From a virus, in the IMG/VR virus record IMGVR_UViG_3300029258_005166, positions 1-64,000 of that record: a DNA stretch of 64,000 bases; one strand, 5' to 3'. A program made the position numbers and the translations under genes. Numbering within the stretch: the first letter of the stretch is position 1; each line of letters begins with the position of its first letter. Below the pieces are notes generated by a model that searched no databases, was not told the origin of the DNA, and worked only from the letters and a program-made list of their open reading frames with translations. Below are positions 54,791 through 64,000 of this stretch, piece after piece.

Positions 54791-56976
54791 CCTTCTATTG
54801 CGTCCATGAGTTTTCTTGGATCTATAATACCATATCCTTCAAAAAACTTTCTTCCCGCGAGCTTTCTATTGCGAATCGGAGTTGTATGGGTTCTGAGTAC
54901 CTTGCGATAATCATCAACTGTTTTCAATGTTAGTTGATCGGTCTTTCTGCTGTAAGCCAACAACAATGCTGCCACTCCACAGGCAAACGGAGCCGCCATA
55001 CTGGTTCCCGAGAGAAAGGCATACCAATTGTCGGGGACCGTGCTGAAAATCCTTCCGCCCGGTGCCATAAAATCTAATTGTTTACCAGTATTTGAAAAAT
55101 CAGATCTATCTAGGTCTTCATCAATAGAGCCAATCGAAATTGTTTCGGGATAAGCCGCTGGGTAGAAAACTTCGTCTGTTCTGCCCGCATTGCCAGCCGC
55201 GACGAAGCACGGGATTCCTCTCTTGGCCGCAAACTGTATGGCCTTACGAACCTGTTGAATGGGTCGTGGGGCTCCCAAAGACAAACACATCATGTCGGCA
55301 CCTTGAGTGACTGCCCAACGAATCCCTCTGGCTACATTTTCTAAGTTTCCATCGCCCTTCTCATTGAGAACCTTTACCGGCAATACCTTAGATTTGGGAG
55401 CCACACCGACCGTGCCGATCTTATTATCCAGGGCACAGATGATACCCGTGACGTGTGTGTTTGATACAAAGTGACCATTTGCAATATAAGTATTTGTTTT
55501 TTGGGTTGTGAAATCGTAAAAATTTCCTTCAAAAACTTCCTGATGGATATTTTTTATTCTTCTTATGGATCTTCTTTGACTGGTTTGATTTGCCAATATC
55601 CTTTGTTTTTTGTGCGGTGAAGCAATCCACTTAGCAATTTCCGCTGGCAATTTGCTGAAAACCACATTAAATATTGGAAATTTAAGGTTATTTTTTCCTC
55701 TGAATTTGTTTTTGTACCTAACAATACCAGCAGATATTCCAATTCCATTTAAGATTGCAGATAGATGTTCTGCAAAATCTTTTGAAACAGTAGTAACTCG
55801 ATTACCCGTGTTAGTTCTTGAAATACACCCATCACCATCAATAACACCACCAAGAAATGCTTGAATGATAGCAAGCGGTGATTTTCCTATAAATTCAGGC
55901 AAAGTCTGGAAATAAGTTTTTCCTTTTGATTTAATTCCTACCGCTTGCAATAGCAAAACAAGTCTTTTTGAATTTATCAACAATCTCGGACAGCGATTCT
56001 TTGGACAATCTATTCTACAATTGAATCCCAATTCTTTAAGAAATCTTTTTGCTTGTTCTAAGATCGCTTCATTTTTATTTGTTATGTCAACTCGATAGTT
56101 GCGATCATGAATGATATGGCCATCGGTCAACACTAAGCCACAAATATATGCCAATTTTTCATTTGCAAATTCGGTAGACATAACCCATTGTTTTTGCCGA
56201 CACTTTTTGCAATTTGATTTCGGGATTTTACATTTTGGGATATGCCCACAATTTTTGCATCTCCAAACTTCATACGTGATTCTGTAGGGCTCGCTTGAAA
56301 GGCTAACTGAACTATTGGATAAAATCAGCCTGTCTTCTTTGTCTAATTCATCTGCTCTTTTCTTGAAAATTTTTGACCTGCGTCCTTTTGTCATTCTCGA
56401 AACGATTACCGGGTGCCACGGTGTTAACTTCAATTCAAGTCCACCTTCCATCTCAATACAGATTAAATTGGTTTTTACTGGCATTTTGTGAACGTGCGTT
56501 ACAGTATCAACCACAGTTTTTTCTGTTTTTAGATCGAAAGAAATGGTTTTGATTCCTAGAGAAGAAACATCACGTAATTTTGATGTATACCCATCTGAAA
56601 ATTTTTGGTTTTGTTCCTGTACGGGCAACCGATTATAGAGTTCTTCTATGGTTTCTGTACCGCAAAAATTAGTTTGGATGATCGATGATGGATGGACACA
56701 TCCATGTTGATTGTCGTCCCAAGGTTTTCGTCGAGGATTGATGAAATTGACTCCGGGAAGAAGGTTTGCTTTGAGATCAGGATGATCTAAATCACAGCCT
56801 GTATCCAGAACAGCGACTTTTACACCCTCACCCTTAGTGATTTTCCATGCATCGGGCAAATCAAAAGTGCTTATACCCCAGCCCAAGTGCTGTCGGATTT
56901 CCTGTATGGATACAATCTCCTCCCTTTTGAAAGGAAATAGACTGCACTCTCCTTTCTTCTTTTTCTTAGCAGCCAT
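54787..56976 (-). CDS. Subtilisin-like S8 peptidase containing an intein
   Basis: VAVLDTG, HG|THVTG, AAGN, SGTSMAAP. Confidence 0.92.
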   Translation of the reverse strand: MAAKKKKKGECSLFPFKREEIVSIQEIRQHLGWGISTFDLPDAWKITKGEGVKVAVLDTGCDLDHPDLKANLLPGVNFINPRRKPWDDNQHGCVHPSSIIQTNFCGTETIEELYNRLPVQEQNQKFSDGYTSKLRDVSSLGIKTISFDLKTEKTVVDTVTHVHKMPVKTNLICIEMEGGLELKLTPWHPVIVSRMTKGRRSKIFKKRADELDKEDRLILSNSSVSLSSEPYRITYEVWRCKNCGHIPKCKIPKSNCKKCRQKQWVMSTEFANEKLAYICGLVLTDGHIIHDRNYRVDITNKNEAILEQAKRFLKELGFNCRIDCPKNRCPRLLINSKRLVLLLQAVGIKSKGKTYFQTLPEFIGKSPLAIIQAFLGGVIDGDGCISRTNTGNRVTTVSKDFAEHLSAILNGIGISAGIVRYKNKFRGKNNLKFPIFNVVFSKLPAEIAKWIASPHKKQRILANQTSQRRSIRRIKNIHQEVFEGNFYDFTTQKTNTYIANGHFVSNTHVTGIICALDNKIGTVGVAPKSKVLPVKVLNEKGDGNLENVARGIRWAVTQGADMMCLSLGAPRPIQQVRKAIQFAAKRGIPCFVAAGNAGRTDEVFYPAAYPETISIGSIDEDLDRSDFSNTGKQLDFMAPGGRIFSTVPDNWYAFLSGTSMAAPFACGVAALLLAYSRKTDQLTLKTVDDYRKVLRTHTTPIRNRKLAGRKFFEGYGIIDPRKLMDAIEG
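55459..56700 (-). mobile_element. 414-aa intein with LAGLIDADG homing endonuclease
   Basis: Starts CVHP, TPWHP block B, YICGLVLTDG and FLGGVIDGDG, ends YDF...NTYIANGHFVSN before Thr. Confidence 0.93.
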
Positions 56977-56988
56977 AGTACCTCCTTG

Positions 56989-57450
56989 CTACTTTTCGGT
57001 TTTAAGCTTATCCCTCCATTCGCCGTTTCGATACTTGCCTACAATCCAATCAATAGAAGTCGAAATCAGGTTATAAATGATGTATTCTTTGATTTTCGCC
57101 GCAAACGGTTTTAGCCAGATAGGAACGGCTTCTTTGACAACATACTCATATAAAGCGTCAATATATTTCAATACAGTCGCCTTCTTGTCGGCCCCATCCT
57201 CTAGAACGTCATCAACCATGTTGATGAACTCATCCAAACTGTCAAGCAGAAACTTGGTCACGCTACCAAGATCAATTTTAGCTCCCCACTTCCAGAACTT
57301 CCAGAAGTCCCACCAACTTTTCTTTTTTTCTTCTTTAGAGGCATCCCATTCATCAGCAAGTGCCAATATCCGTCTGTCCATTTCCGCGATATTGTGTACT
57401 ACACCTGCTGGGTCCCCTTCTACTTTTTCCAAATTAAGTTTTCGAATCAT
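56989..57450 (-). CDS. Hypothetical helical protein
   Basis: 153-aa ORF, GADKK motif. Confidence 0.7.
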   Translation of the reverse strand: MIRKLNLEKVEGDPAGVVHNIAEMDRRILALADEWDASKEEKKKSWWDFWKFWKWGAKIDLGSVTKFLLDSLDEFINMVDDVLEDGADKKATVLKYIDALYEYVVKEAVPIWLKPFAAKIKEYIIYNLISTSIDWIVGKYRNGEWRDKLKTEK

Positions 57451-57452
57451 TT

Positions 57453-57674
57453 TTAACCCCCTATAATGTCAATCGCCTCTTGTAGTGTGCATAACTCCTC
57501 TTCAAGAAAAACGCGATTAAATGTGGTTTCGTACACTTTCACATCGGTTACGGGAAAACCACCGAAAAGGTAGCCATCGTTTAGAAAGCGAGCTTTAATA
57601 GTGACTTTTTCAAGGAAACCCTCTTCGGCACTTTTTAGTATGTAAACCGTTTCCATGATGTCGTATTTAAACAT
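57453..57674 (-). CDS. Hypothetical protein
   Basis: GGAGGTG RBS; CTATATA upstream. Confidence 0.6.
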   Translation of the reverse strand: MFKYDIMETVYILKSAEEGFLEKVTIKARFLNDGYLFGGFPVTDVKVYETTFNRVFLEEELCTLQEAIDIIGG

Positions 57675-57737
57675 CACACCTCCCGCACAATCCTTGTGAT
57701 TTCCTACTCTATATAGGGTAGGGCAAGGGTAGTTTAC

Positions 57738-58688
57738 ATGACAAAAGTCAGACAATCAACCGTGATAAGAAAAAAGAGTGTTTTATTTGTGTTGGGTGGC
57801 GGGATTGGAAACATAATTCAAGCCACACCAGCAATTAGGATCGCTTCCGTTGATTGGAATGTGGATGTTTTGCTACACTGTAACAGTACAAGCGATCTCA
57901 AGATTTTCGATATTCCCGAGATCCATAAACTTTATGTAAACACCGCACCCAGATTAAATTACGAATACCAACTCAATGGCCCATTTACTCCTGGGAAGAA
58001 GCACAAAGCCAATAAGGTGTGTAAATCTCGAATCCACTATGCCCAACACATCCCGGAGGCAAACGTTTACTTGGACTTGGTTGCCCAAATGGGAATGAAA
58101 ATAGATGAAATACCACACACCAAGATCAACATAGGCATCAAAGGACCCTATCCCAAAAACCATGAAACGGTGACCATCTATCCGGGATCTAAATACGAAT
58201 GGTCAATGAAGCGATGGGATAAATACGATGAGTTGGCTAAACATTTTGATAACGTGGTTGTAGTTGGCACACATAATGACATACATTCCAATGGTAAGCT
58301 CCCTTGGTTTACTAAACAATGGCATTGGCCCAAAAATACAGAATTTTTCAGCGGGACTTTGCAGGAAGCGGCCTTCATTATTTCAAAATGCAAAATGTTT
58401 GTTGGGAATGATGGGGGCTTGGCCCATGTTGCAGCCGCGACTAGTGTGCCAACATTCATCTTGTTTGGTCCCTCGTCCACAGTCAAGAACAAGCCACCGG
58501 TGCCCAATGCCAAAGTAATTGCAATGGATATTCCCTGTAGGCCCTGCCAATTCAGGACAGAATTTCCTGGCAGTAAGAAGCAGATATTCGGGGCAAACAA
58601 GAATGATTGCGAGCATCACATGAAGTGTTTGAGAGATCTGTCTGTGAGAAATGTTTTGAAACAAATCAAAAGTTACTCAAGAGGATAA
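57738..58688 (+). CDS. Family 9 glycosyltransferase (heptosyltransferase-like)
   Basis: GGIGN...ATP, PGS....KRW, GNDGGLAHVAAA..VP...LFGP, CRPC. Confidence 0.9.
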   Translation: MTKVRQSTVIRKKSVLFVLGGGIGNIIQATPAIRIASVDWNVDVLLHCNSTSDLKIFDIPEIHKLYVNTAPRLNYEYQLNGPFTPGKKHKANKVCKSRIHYAQHIPEANVYLDLVAQMGMKIDEIPHTKINIGIKGPYPKNHETVTIYPGSKYEWSMKRWDKYDELAKHFDNVVVVGTHNDIHSNGKLPWFTKQWHWPKNTEFFSGTLQEAAFIISKCKMFVGNDGGLAHVAAATSVPTFILFGPSSTVKNKPPVPNAKVIAMDIPCRPCQFRTEFPGSKKQIFGANKNDCEHHMKCLRDLSVRNVLKQIKSYSRG

Positions 58689-59377
58689 CCGAATCTATCC
58701 ATAAGCTCTTTGTTCGTTTTGATGACGGCCTCTCGCAGCTTTGGACTATACTTGCATTTTCCCTTCCACTCATGAGATCTCGATGTCACGTTCGCTTCGG
58801 GATAAGTCAGAATAACCGACTTGTCAAAATCCTCATTGGCTCTTTCCAGCACCGCGATCAAGTCGCGACGAAGGTATTCCGACTTCCCCACGAAATCTAC
58901 CTTCTTATCGCCCTCTTCCCATTTACCGTTTATCTTTTTGTAGCCCAGGCGTCCCAGCATAGCATTGCTGACAAAATCAGGGAAGTATTCCAGGTAGTAC
59001 CTGATAAACTCGCTGAAATCGTAACTGAGACAAACCGCTTCGATTTTTCGACTACCCAATTCCTTTTCTTTGAGCCACCTTTCTATCGCCCCCGTTCTTA
59101 TCGAATAAGACCATTTGCTTTGCAACCAAGTTAGAGGGTTTCTTACAAAGGTAAAAATCAATCTGTGTTTGGGCCTCGGATTGACTTTCGTCCAATTGTC
59201 AACCATCAAATCATCGTAGACTTGCTCGATACCCGAATGTCGTCTTTGTATAACAGTCTTTTCTGCGGGTCCACTCTCTAAGTACGGCATCTTCATGGCC
59301 CGAACCACTTGTCTACAAAACGATCCTCCTGTCTTGGGGATGTGGATCATTGCACTGTTAGGAAGAATTAGGGCCAT
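58673..59377 (-). CDS. Sulfotransferase family 2-like protein
   Basis: IHIPKTGGS, FVRNP..W..S.W, FVGK.E.L..DL. Confidence 0.8.
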   Translation of the reverse strand: MALILPNSAMIHIPKTGGSFCRQVVRAMKMPYLESGPAEKTVIQRRHSGIEQVYDDLMVDNWTKVNPRPKHRLIFTFVRNPLTWLQSKWSYSIRTGAIERWLKEKELGSRKIEAVCLSYDFSEFIRYYLEYFPDFVSNAMLGRLGYKKINGKWEEGDKKVDFVGKSEYLRRDLIAVLERANEDFDKSVILTYPEANVTSRSHEWKGKCKYSPKLREAVIKTNKELMDRFGYPLE

Positions 59378-59393
59378 GTCTTAGATATGCATA

Positions 59394-60011
59394 TTAAAGA
59401 TAATCGTTGCGAAACAGCCAGTTATGGAAGGTGATTCGAATCAAGTCCTGCATGTAAGGAGATAGTGTTTTTTTGTAGGAACCAGGAGTGCCATCCGTGA
59501 TGTGGTTCGAATGCAACAATGTAACCGGATCACGCTGGTTGCCCTTAGGAATAGGCAACGACTCAATTTTTTTATGGATTGCTGCGGGATTGACCTCAAC
59601 CTTCAACAATTTCGCTAAGTCCTGGATGTATAGGTTCTTGTTTCGCACAAGATCCTCATACTTGATCTCTAGATGGCTAAAAGGCTTCCATGGACGATAT
59701 TCCCGCACTATTATCCTGTGCAGATAGTCGATACACTCGCTTTGGTCTATGAGTCCCCTTCGAACCGCCGAGGCGGCAATATCCCGTAGATCTCTTTTGG
59801 TGGTAAAGATTCTGTCTGAATCTAGAAGAAATTTTCTTTTGTTATGGCATTTGACAACGTGGATCGGTGCGGTATTTTCGGCATCATAATCAGTAGCAAA
59901 GCACGAATAGACTTCATCCCCAGTGACTTCCATAATCAGTCGCACAGCGTTAAAAAGCCACGTACTGCCCGATCTGTGACAACCAGCACAAGTAATTTTC
60001 TTTGTTGGCAT
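59394..60011 (-). CDS. Sulfotransferase-like protein
   Basis: AG..RSGSTWLFN, RD.RD..AS, IKYEDL. Confidence 0.8.
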   Translation of the reverse strand: MPTKKITCAGCHRSGSTWLFNAVRLIMEVTGDEVYSCFATDYDAENTAPIHVVKCHNKRKFLLDSDRIFTTKRDLRDIAASAVRRGLIDQSECIDYLHRIIVREYRPWKPFSHLEIKYEDLVRNKNLYIQDLAKLLKVEVNPAAIHKKIESLPIPKGNQRDPVTLLHSNHITDGTPGSYKKTLSPYMQDLIRITFHNWLFRNDYL

Positions 60012-60036
60012 ATCTACTATTATATAGGAAAGAAAA

Positions 60037-60696
60037 ATGATTGTTGTTAAGCTATTTGGTTTGCCTAGAACTTGCACCAATGTAATTGAGGTGGCTCTAA
60101 AGACAAACTTCAAAAATCTGGTAATTTGGACGAATTTTCCCTGTTGGAAGCACGGGGAAAACACGCACGTCGGGAGAACTATTAAGAGAGAAAAGCACCG
60201 ACAACATCCAGCCGTAGACACAGACGATCTTAAGTTTATTGTCTGTACCAAAAACCCATACGACTGGCTCGTTTCCCTTTATAATTTTGAGGTTATAAGC
60301 AAACGACAGAAGAAGAGCTTCGATGACTTCCTAAGAACTCCCACATGGCACTATCGGAACGAAAACGAAAATAACGATGCCATCACCAAATTCAATACTT
60401 TGACATATCATTGGTTGACCATGTTCGATGATTCCTCGGCCTTGCAGCAAGTCAAATCGGAAGACATGAGAAAGAATCAGGTTGCCCTTCTGACTCGGTT
60501 GGAAAAAGCATTCGGTCTCACCAGACAACGTGCTGATCTAGCTCCCGTCATCAAACGAATCGCTCCGGGAGCCAAAATCACCAAGGAGAAGTTCAAGAAA
60601 AAAGAGATGGACTTCTCGAAAAAGCAGATGGAGTTCATCAACTCTCGTTTGGATCGCAAAACCATGAAGATCGCCAAATATACTTTTAAACGGTAG
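60037..60696 (+). CDS. Sulfotransferase-like protein
   Basis: GLPRTCTN, WKHG, KNPY.WL.S. Confidence 0.72.
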   Translation: MIVVKLFGLPRTCTNVIEVALKTNFKNLVIWTNFPCWKHGENTHVGRTIKREKHRQHPAVDTDDLKFIVCTKNPYDWLVSLYNFEVISKRQKKSFDDFLRTPTWHYRNENENNDAITKFNTLTYHWLTMFDDSSALQQVKSEDMRKNQVALLTRLEKAFGLTRQRADLAPVIKRIAPGAKITKEKFKKKEMDFSKKQMEFINSRLDRKTMKIAKYTFKR

Positions 60697-61363
60697 AACA
60701 CATATACATTTTTCTACAATGCCCCGTGTGATTCTCTCTTCGGAACTCGCCGTTATTCAGATAGGTTCTCTCATGAAGCCAGAAGCACCAAGAGCCCGGT
60801 CTTTCGGGAGTAATGTCTACAACCGTCATACCCGTTGATTTAAGTTGCTTTTCAAGCCATGCGTAGCTGAACCTTGATCCCTGCGAATCGGGCAGATGAT
60901 GGTCGTGATTGGTTTTTTTGCCTCTCGAAACAACTTGATCGATTCGATCAGAGTCATCGGAATCGCGAACGATTGTGGAAATAAAGATTGTGCCTCCATC
61001 ACGCAAACAACCCGGCATTCCTTTGACGAGTTTTTCTGGATTCGGGAGATGATAAAGCAGCCCCAAGCAAAGGACATAGTCAAAACAACCCGGCATCGGC
61101 AGCCGATCTTTGCTGAAGTCCATTCGATGCCAATCTCTTTTAGGAAATCTCTTTTTCCCTTCTTCTATGTTGGCCGCCCGACCTTCTACAGAAACCACGG
61201 TGGCCCCCAGTTTTTCGAAATCGCCCCCTGGCAGGCCTATTCCCGCCCCCAACTCTATCATCATTTTGCCTTGAAAGTCATTCCGAGGCACAAAGTCAAA
61301 GATTCTGGCATTCCTGTCCGAGATAGCTGAAGTGTAGTGTCTCTTGTCAAATACAAATTCCAT
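60686..61363 (-). CDS. Class I SAM-dependent methyltransferase
   Basis: IELGAGIG, EGR..N, FD.V.C.GLLYHL..P. Confidence 0.85.
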   Translation of the reverse strand: MEFVFDKRHYTSAISDRNARIFDFVPRNDFQGKMMIELGAGIGLPGGDFEKLGATVVSVEGRAANIEEGKKRFPKRDWHRMDFSKDRLPMPGCFDYVLCLGLLYHLPNPEKLVKGMPGCLRDGGTIFISTIVRDSDDSDRIDQVVSRGKKTNHDHHLPDSQGSRFSYAWLEKQLKSTGMTVVDITPERPGSWCFWLHERTYLNNGEFRRENHTGHCRKMYMCSTV

Positions 61364-61370
61364 AGTGACC

Positions 61371-61934
61371 TCAGTTTTTCCAAGCTACGACTAGCGATTT
61401 GTTGACTTCGGGATATTCGTACTTTTTGAAGACGCTAGCGTAAAGTTTGTCGCGTTCTTTCCAGGTGAATTGCTTTTTATGCCATTTGGTGTCTGGGTGG
61501 TTCAGTGGTATGCTGGTAACAATGACTCCTTTGTCCTTCACCAATTCGTTAAACAGCCTCAAAATCTTTTCTTGTCCACTAGGCAGATGTTCAAGAGTTT
61601 CAAATGATACAATTGCATCAAGAGGCTCGTTGATGTGGCTCTTCAAGTCATTGATGTCACCAAGTTTCCATTGGATGTTGGGATGGTCGTTGAATCGTTT
61701 GCAAAGACGCAACGCTTCTTCTGAGTTGTCCATCGAAGTTACCTTGCAGCCATGAAGTGCAAGCATCTTACTCCCATATCCAGAACCACAGGCCACATCC
61801 AAGACCGAGTTTTTGGATTTGATAAGCGACAAGGCATATTTGTATCGAATCAAGTGGTTGCGTCTGACAGAATCTATTTGATCGATATTCTCTAAGGCCG
61901 CTTCAACATCTCTTATGACTATTCTTTCTCCCAT
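61371..61934 (-). CDS. Class I SAM-dependent methyltransferase (glycan-locus type)
   Basis: H..RY..A, VLDVACGSGYG, SFETLEH. Confidence 0.88.
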   Translation of the reverse strand: MGERIVIRDVEAALENIDQIDSVRRNHLIRYKYALSLIKSKNSVLDVACGSGYGSKMLALHGCKVTSMDNSEEALRLCKRFNDHPNIQWKLGDINDLKSHINEPLDAIVSFETLEHLPSGQEKILRLFNELVKDKGVIVTSIPLNHPDTKWHKKQFTWKERDKLYASVFKKYEYPEVNKSLVVAWKN

Positions 61935-63931
61935 TTCCCTTCCAATGCAAAGTCCAATTTTCCCTCATTCATCAATTTGATAATTCCCTCAGGATGTACT
62001 CCGGGGAATCTATCCCAACCACCACCGCCCATAGGATGGGTACTTTTCACCAGCGAAGGTTGTTGTCTCCATTTTAAAAAGATGTTATCGACATAGGAGT
62101 CATTGTTGTTTCCAGATTGATATTTGTAGTAGTAGAGCTTCTGTCGGATTTTTTGTGTGGGTCGTACCCAAGAGTAGTGATAAAACATCTTCTCGGAACC
62201 CCTCCAGCAGGGAAAGACTTGTTTTACGGTTTTGCCTTGATCTGTACTCACATGCAAATGATTTGTTCCAGTATATTTGAATCCATCTTTCCACCGAACA
62301 ATTCTTTCTTGAGGATAAGTGCCCCATTTGCCTGTGCCAATGACATTCATATAATTCCAGAATAACCAGAACTGTACAATAAGGACATCATATTGCTGCA
62401 TAAGCTCGGTGATTCGCCACAACTTATCCGGTTTGTAAACTTCATCACCATCAAGAAGAAACATCCAATTTCCGTGTCGAAGATATTGGGCATAGGAATT
62501 TCTCATTTCCACCTTGTCTTTCCAAACCCTTCCAGGTGGTTCTATAACTCGCCCACCATATCTCTCGACCAGCTTTTTAGCAATATCCAGTGTATTGTCT
62601 GTTGGATAGCCTTTTTCGTCACACATTCCAGATTTGTAGGCATACTCATTACCCCCAATCACAAAGAACCATTCGTCTACGATGCTGGAAACGCTATCCA
62701 CAGAGGCCTCAAGAAACTCTTCTTCATTGCAGGCAATCACACATCCACAAACTTTTCCGTTTGCATGTTTTTTGATAGATGGGCTAGGAGGACAAGATCT
62801 TGCAGCTTTGACCATAGGGTCTATTCTGCCACTGTGAATCCACCTCTTCTTAAAAAGTTCTCGGTTGTTTTCATAGAAAGGGTGCTTCCCGGCCTTGGAG
62901 TGACCAAGCATGTGATAAATTTGGGATTGTGGTTCATAGAAAATTTTGTAGCCGTTTGTTCTCGCACGAAGGCAAAGATCGGCATCTTCCCAATAACCAA
63001 TGCGATAAGCAACATCAAAACCCTCCAGATCCAAGAAGACATTTCGACGCATGGCAAAACAACATGCTGTGACCATCTCTCTTTCTTCAGGGATATAAAG
63101 GTCGGAAGGAGCGTTATCTACGAAAAACTGATCGTGGTCACGACCTTTGTAGGTATTCCTACCAATGTGAAGGAATGAGTTTGTTTTCCATGACCACTCA
63201 GAACCCGCTGAATCAATCTTTCGATTTCTAACCTGAAGATTGCCAACAATACCAATTTTTTTATCGGATTTAAGTCTATCGATCAATGGCTTGATCCATC
63301 CGGGAGTTACGGTGCAATCGGCATTTAGAAAAATCAAATACTTGCCTGTTGAAAAATGAACTCCAGTATTGCAAGCTGCCCCAAACCCCTGATTGTGTGC
63401 CCTTTTAACGATCTTCCCAATTTGGGTTAGTGGTTCGTTAAGTTCCTGTCTCTTGAACGTCCATCCATCAATGACTTTGATTGAGGAGTGGTCGGGAGAT
63501 GCGTCATCGACATAAATGATTTCCTTAGTCAAGCCATCGTCATTAAGATCCCATGTCCTGATTTGATCTATTATGACTTCCTGGCTTCGAAACATTGGGA
63601 CAATAATGGAAACATCGACATGATTTTTCGACAAAAACCATTCAGGAACCTCTGCTAATTTAACATCTTTTAAATAATCGAAAGGCTTATCGTAAAACTC
63701 TGTGTTGGGTCTCTCTCGTTTTGCGTTTTTAACTATGCGAGTGGGCCTATTTTTTGTGAGACCACCCTTTCTATGATTGAACGTCCTTCGTAGTTTCTTT
63801 TGTTTTTTGGCGAATTTGGACTGTTTTTCAGTTTGAATAGCTTTTTCAAGATCTTGGGTGGTTATCGGGTTTTTTCTTCCCTTAGCGTCTTGGAACTTTT
63901 GCTGCCTAGCTCGAATCAATCGTTCCTGCAT
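61919..63931 (-). CDS. Two-domain family 2 glycosyltransferase
   Basis: VSIIVP, VDDASPD, FLNAD, YWEDADLC; second domain IACNEE, LLDGDE, HYSW. Confidence 0.9.
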   Translation of the reverse strand: MQERLIRARQQKFQDAKGRKNPITTQDLEKAIQTEKQSKFAKKQKKLRRTFNHRKGGLTKNRPTRIVKNAKRERPNTEFYDKPFDYLKDVKLAEVPEWFLSKNHVDVSIIVPMFRSQEVIIDQIRTWDLNDDGLTKEIIYVDDASPDHSSIKVIDGWTFKRQELNEPLTQIGKIVKRAHNQGFGAACNTGVHFSTGKYLIFLNADCTVTPGWIKPLIDRLKSDKKIGIVGNLQVRNRKIDSAGSEWSWKTNSFLHIGRNTYKGRDHDQFFVDNAPSDLYIPEEREMVTACCFAMRRNVFLDLEGFDVAYRIGYWEDADLCLRARTNGYKIFYEPQSQIYHMLGHSKAGKHPFYENNRELFKKRWIHSGRIDPMVKAARSCPPSPSIKKHANGKVCGCVIACNEEEFLEASVDSVSSIVDEWFFVIGGNEYAYKSGMCDEKGYPTDNTLDIAKKLVERYGGRVIEPPGRVWKDKVEMRNSYAQYLRHGNWMFLLDGDEVYKPDKLWRITELMQQYDVLIVQFWLFWNYMNVIGTGKWGTYPQERIVRWKDGFKYTGTNHLHVSTDQGKTVKQVFPCWRGSEKMFYHYSWVRPTQKIRQKLYYYKYQSGNNNDSYVDNIFLKWRQQPSLVKSTHPMGGGGWDRFPGVHPEGIIKLMNEGKLDFALEGKWEKE

Positions 63932-64000
63932 AGAAAGCCGACGATAGTTCGCTGAATTGGGTCCTTCCTTTCTTTCAATGGCCTTTTTCTGTATTTTTTT

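Noticed and set aside
1-64000. CRISPR array, tRNA or rRNA genes
   Set aside because: No regularly spaced repeats or cloverleaf motifs seen by eye. A tRNAscan or CRISPR finder run would be needed to exclude them fully.
1-64000. Stop-codon reassignment, common in large phages
   Set aside because: Conserved genes are full length in code 11, and TAA, TAG and TGA all end genes at expected positions.

Overview
This window is part of a large T4-like (myovirus, probably jumbo) phage genome using the standard genetic code. A Planctomycetota host is inferred from the character of the host-like genes. It encodes a neck/tail module (gp13, gp14, gp15, sheath, three tail-tube paralogues, and a gp26/gp51-like pair joined by a -1 slippery site), Mre11/Rad50, a class II RNR, a Holliday junction resolvase and a gp55-like late sigma. 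It also carries a large glycan toolkit (WbpB/D/E-like, Ugd-like, RmlA, GmhD, GT2/GT9, three sulfotransferases) and host-like genes (map, tatA, speD, atpZ, yqgE, mcsA). Main observations: (1) a 4.26-kb serine-integrase element inserted in the phage udg gene, which supplies its own replacement udg 5' end and carries a putative restriction-modification pair; (2) eleven unrelated ORFs, including an ECF sigma, a 710-aa expanded sigma paralogue and a double-HTH protein, share an N-terminal motif resembling the T4 capsid-targeting sequence, and most follow a TANATA late-promoter motif; (3) a LAGLIDADG intein in the catalytic His motif of a subtilase; (4) a family of triloop hairpins and a dispersed 30-nt repeat. 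All calls come from reading motifs by eye; no database searches were run.
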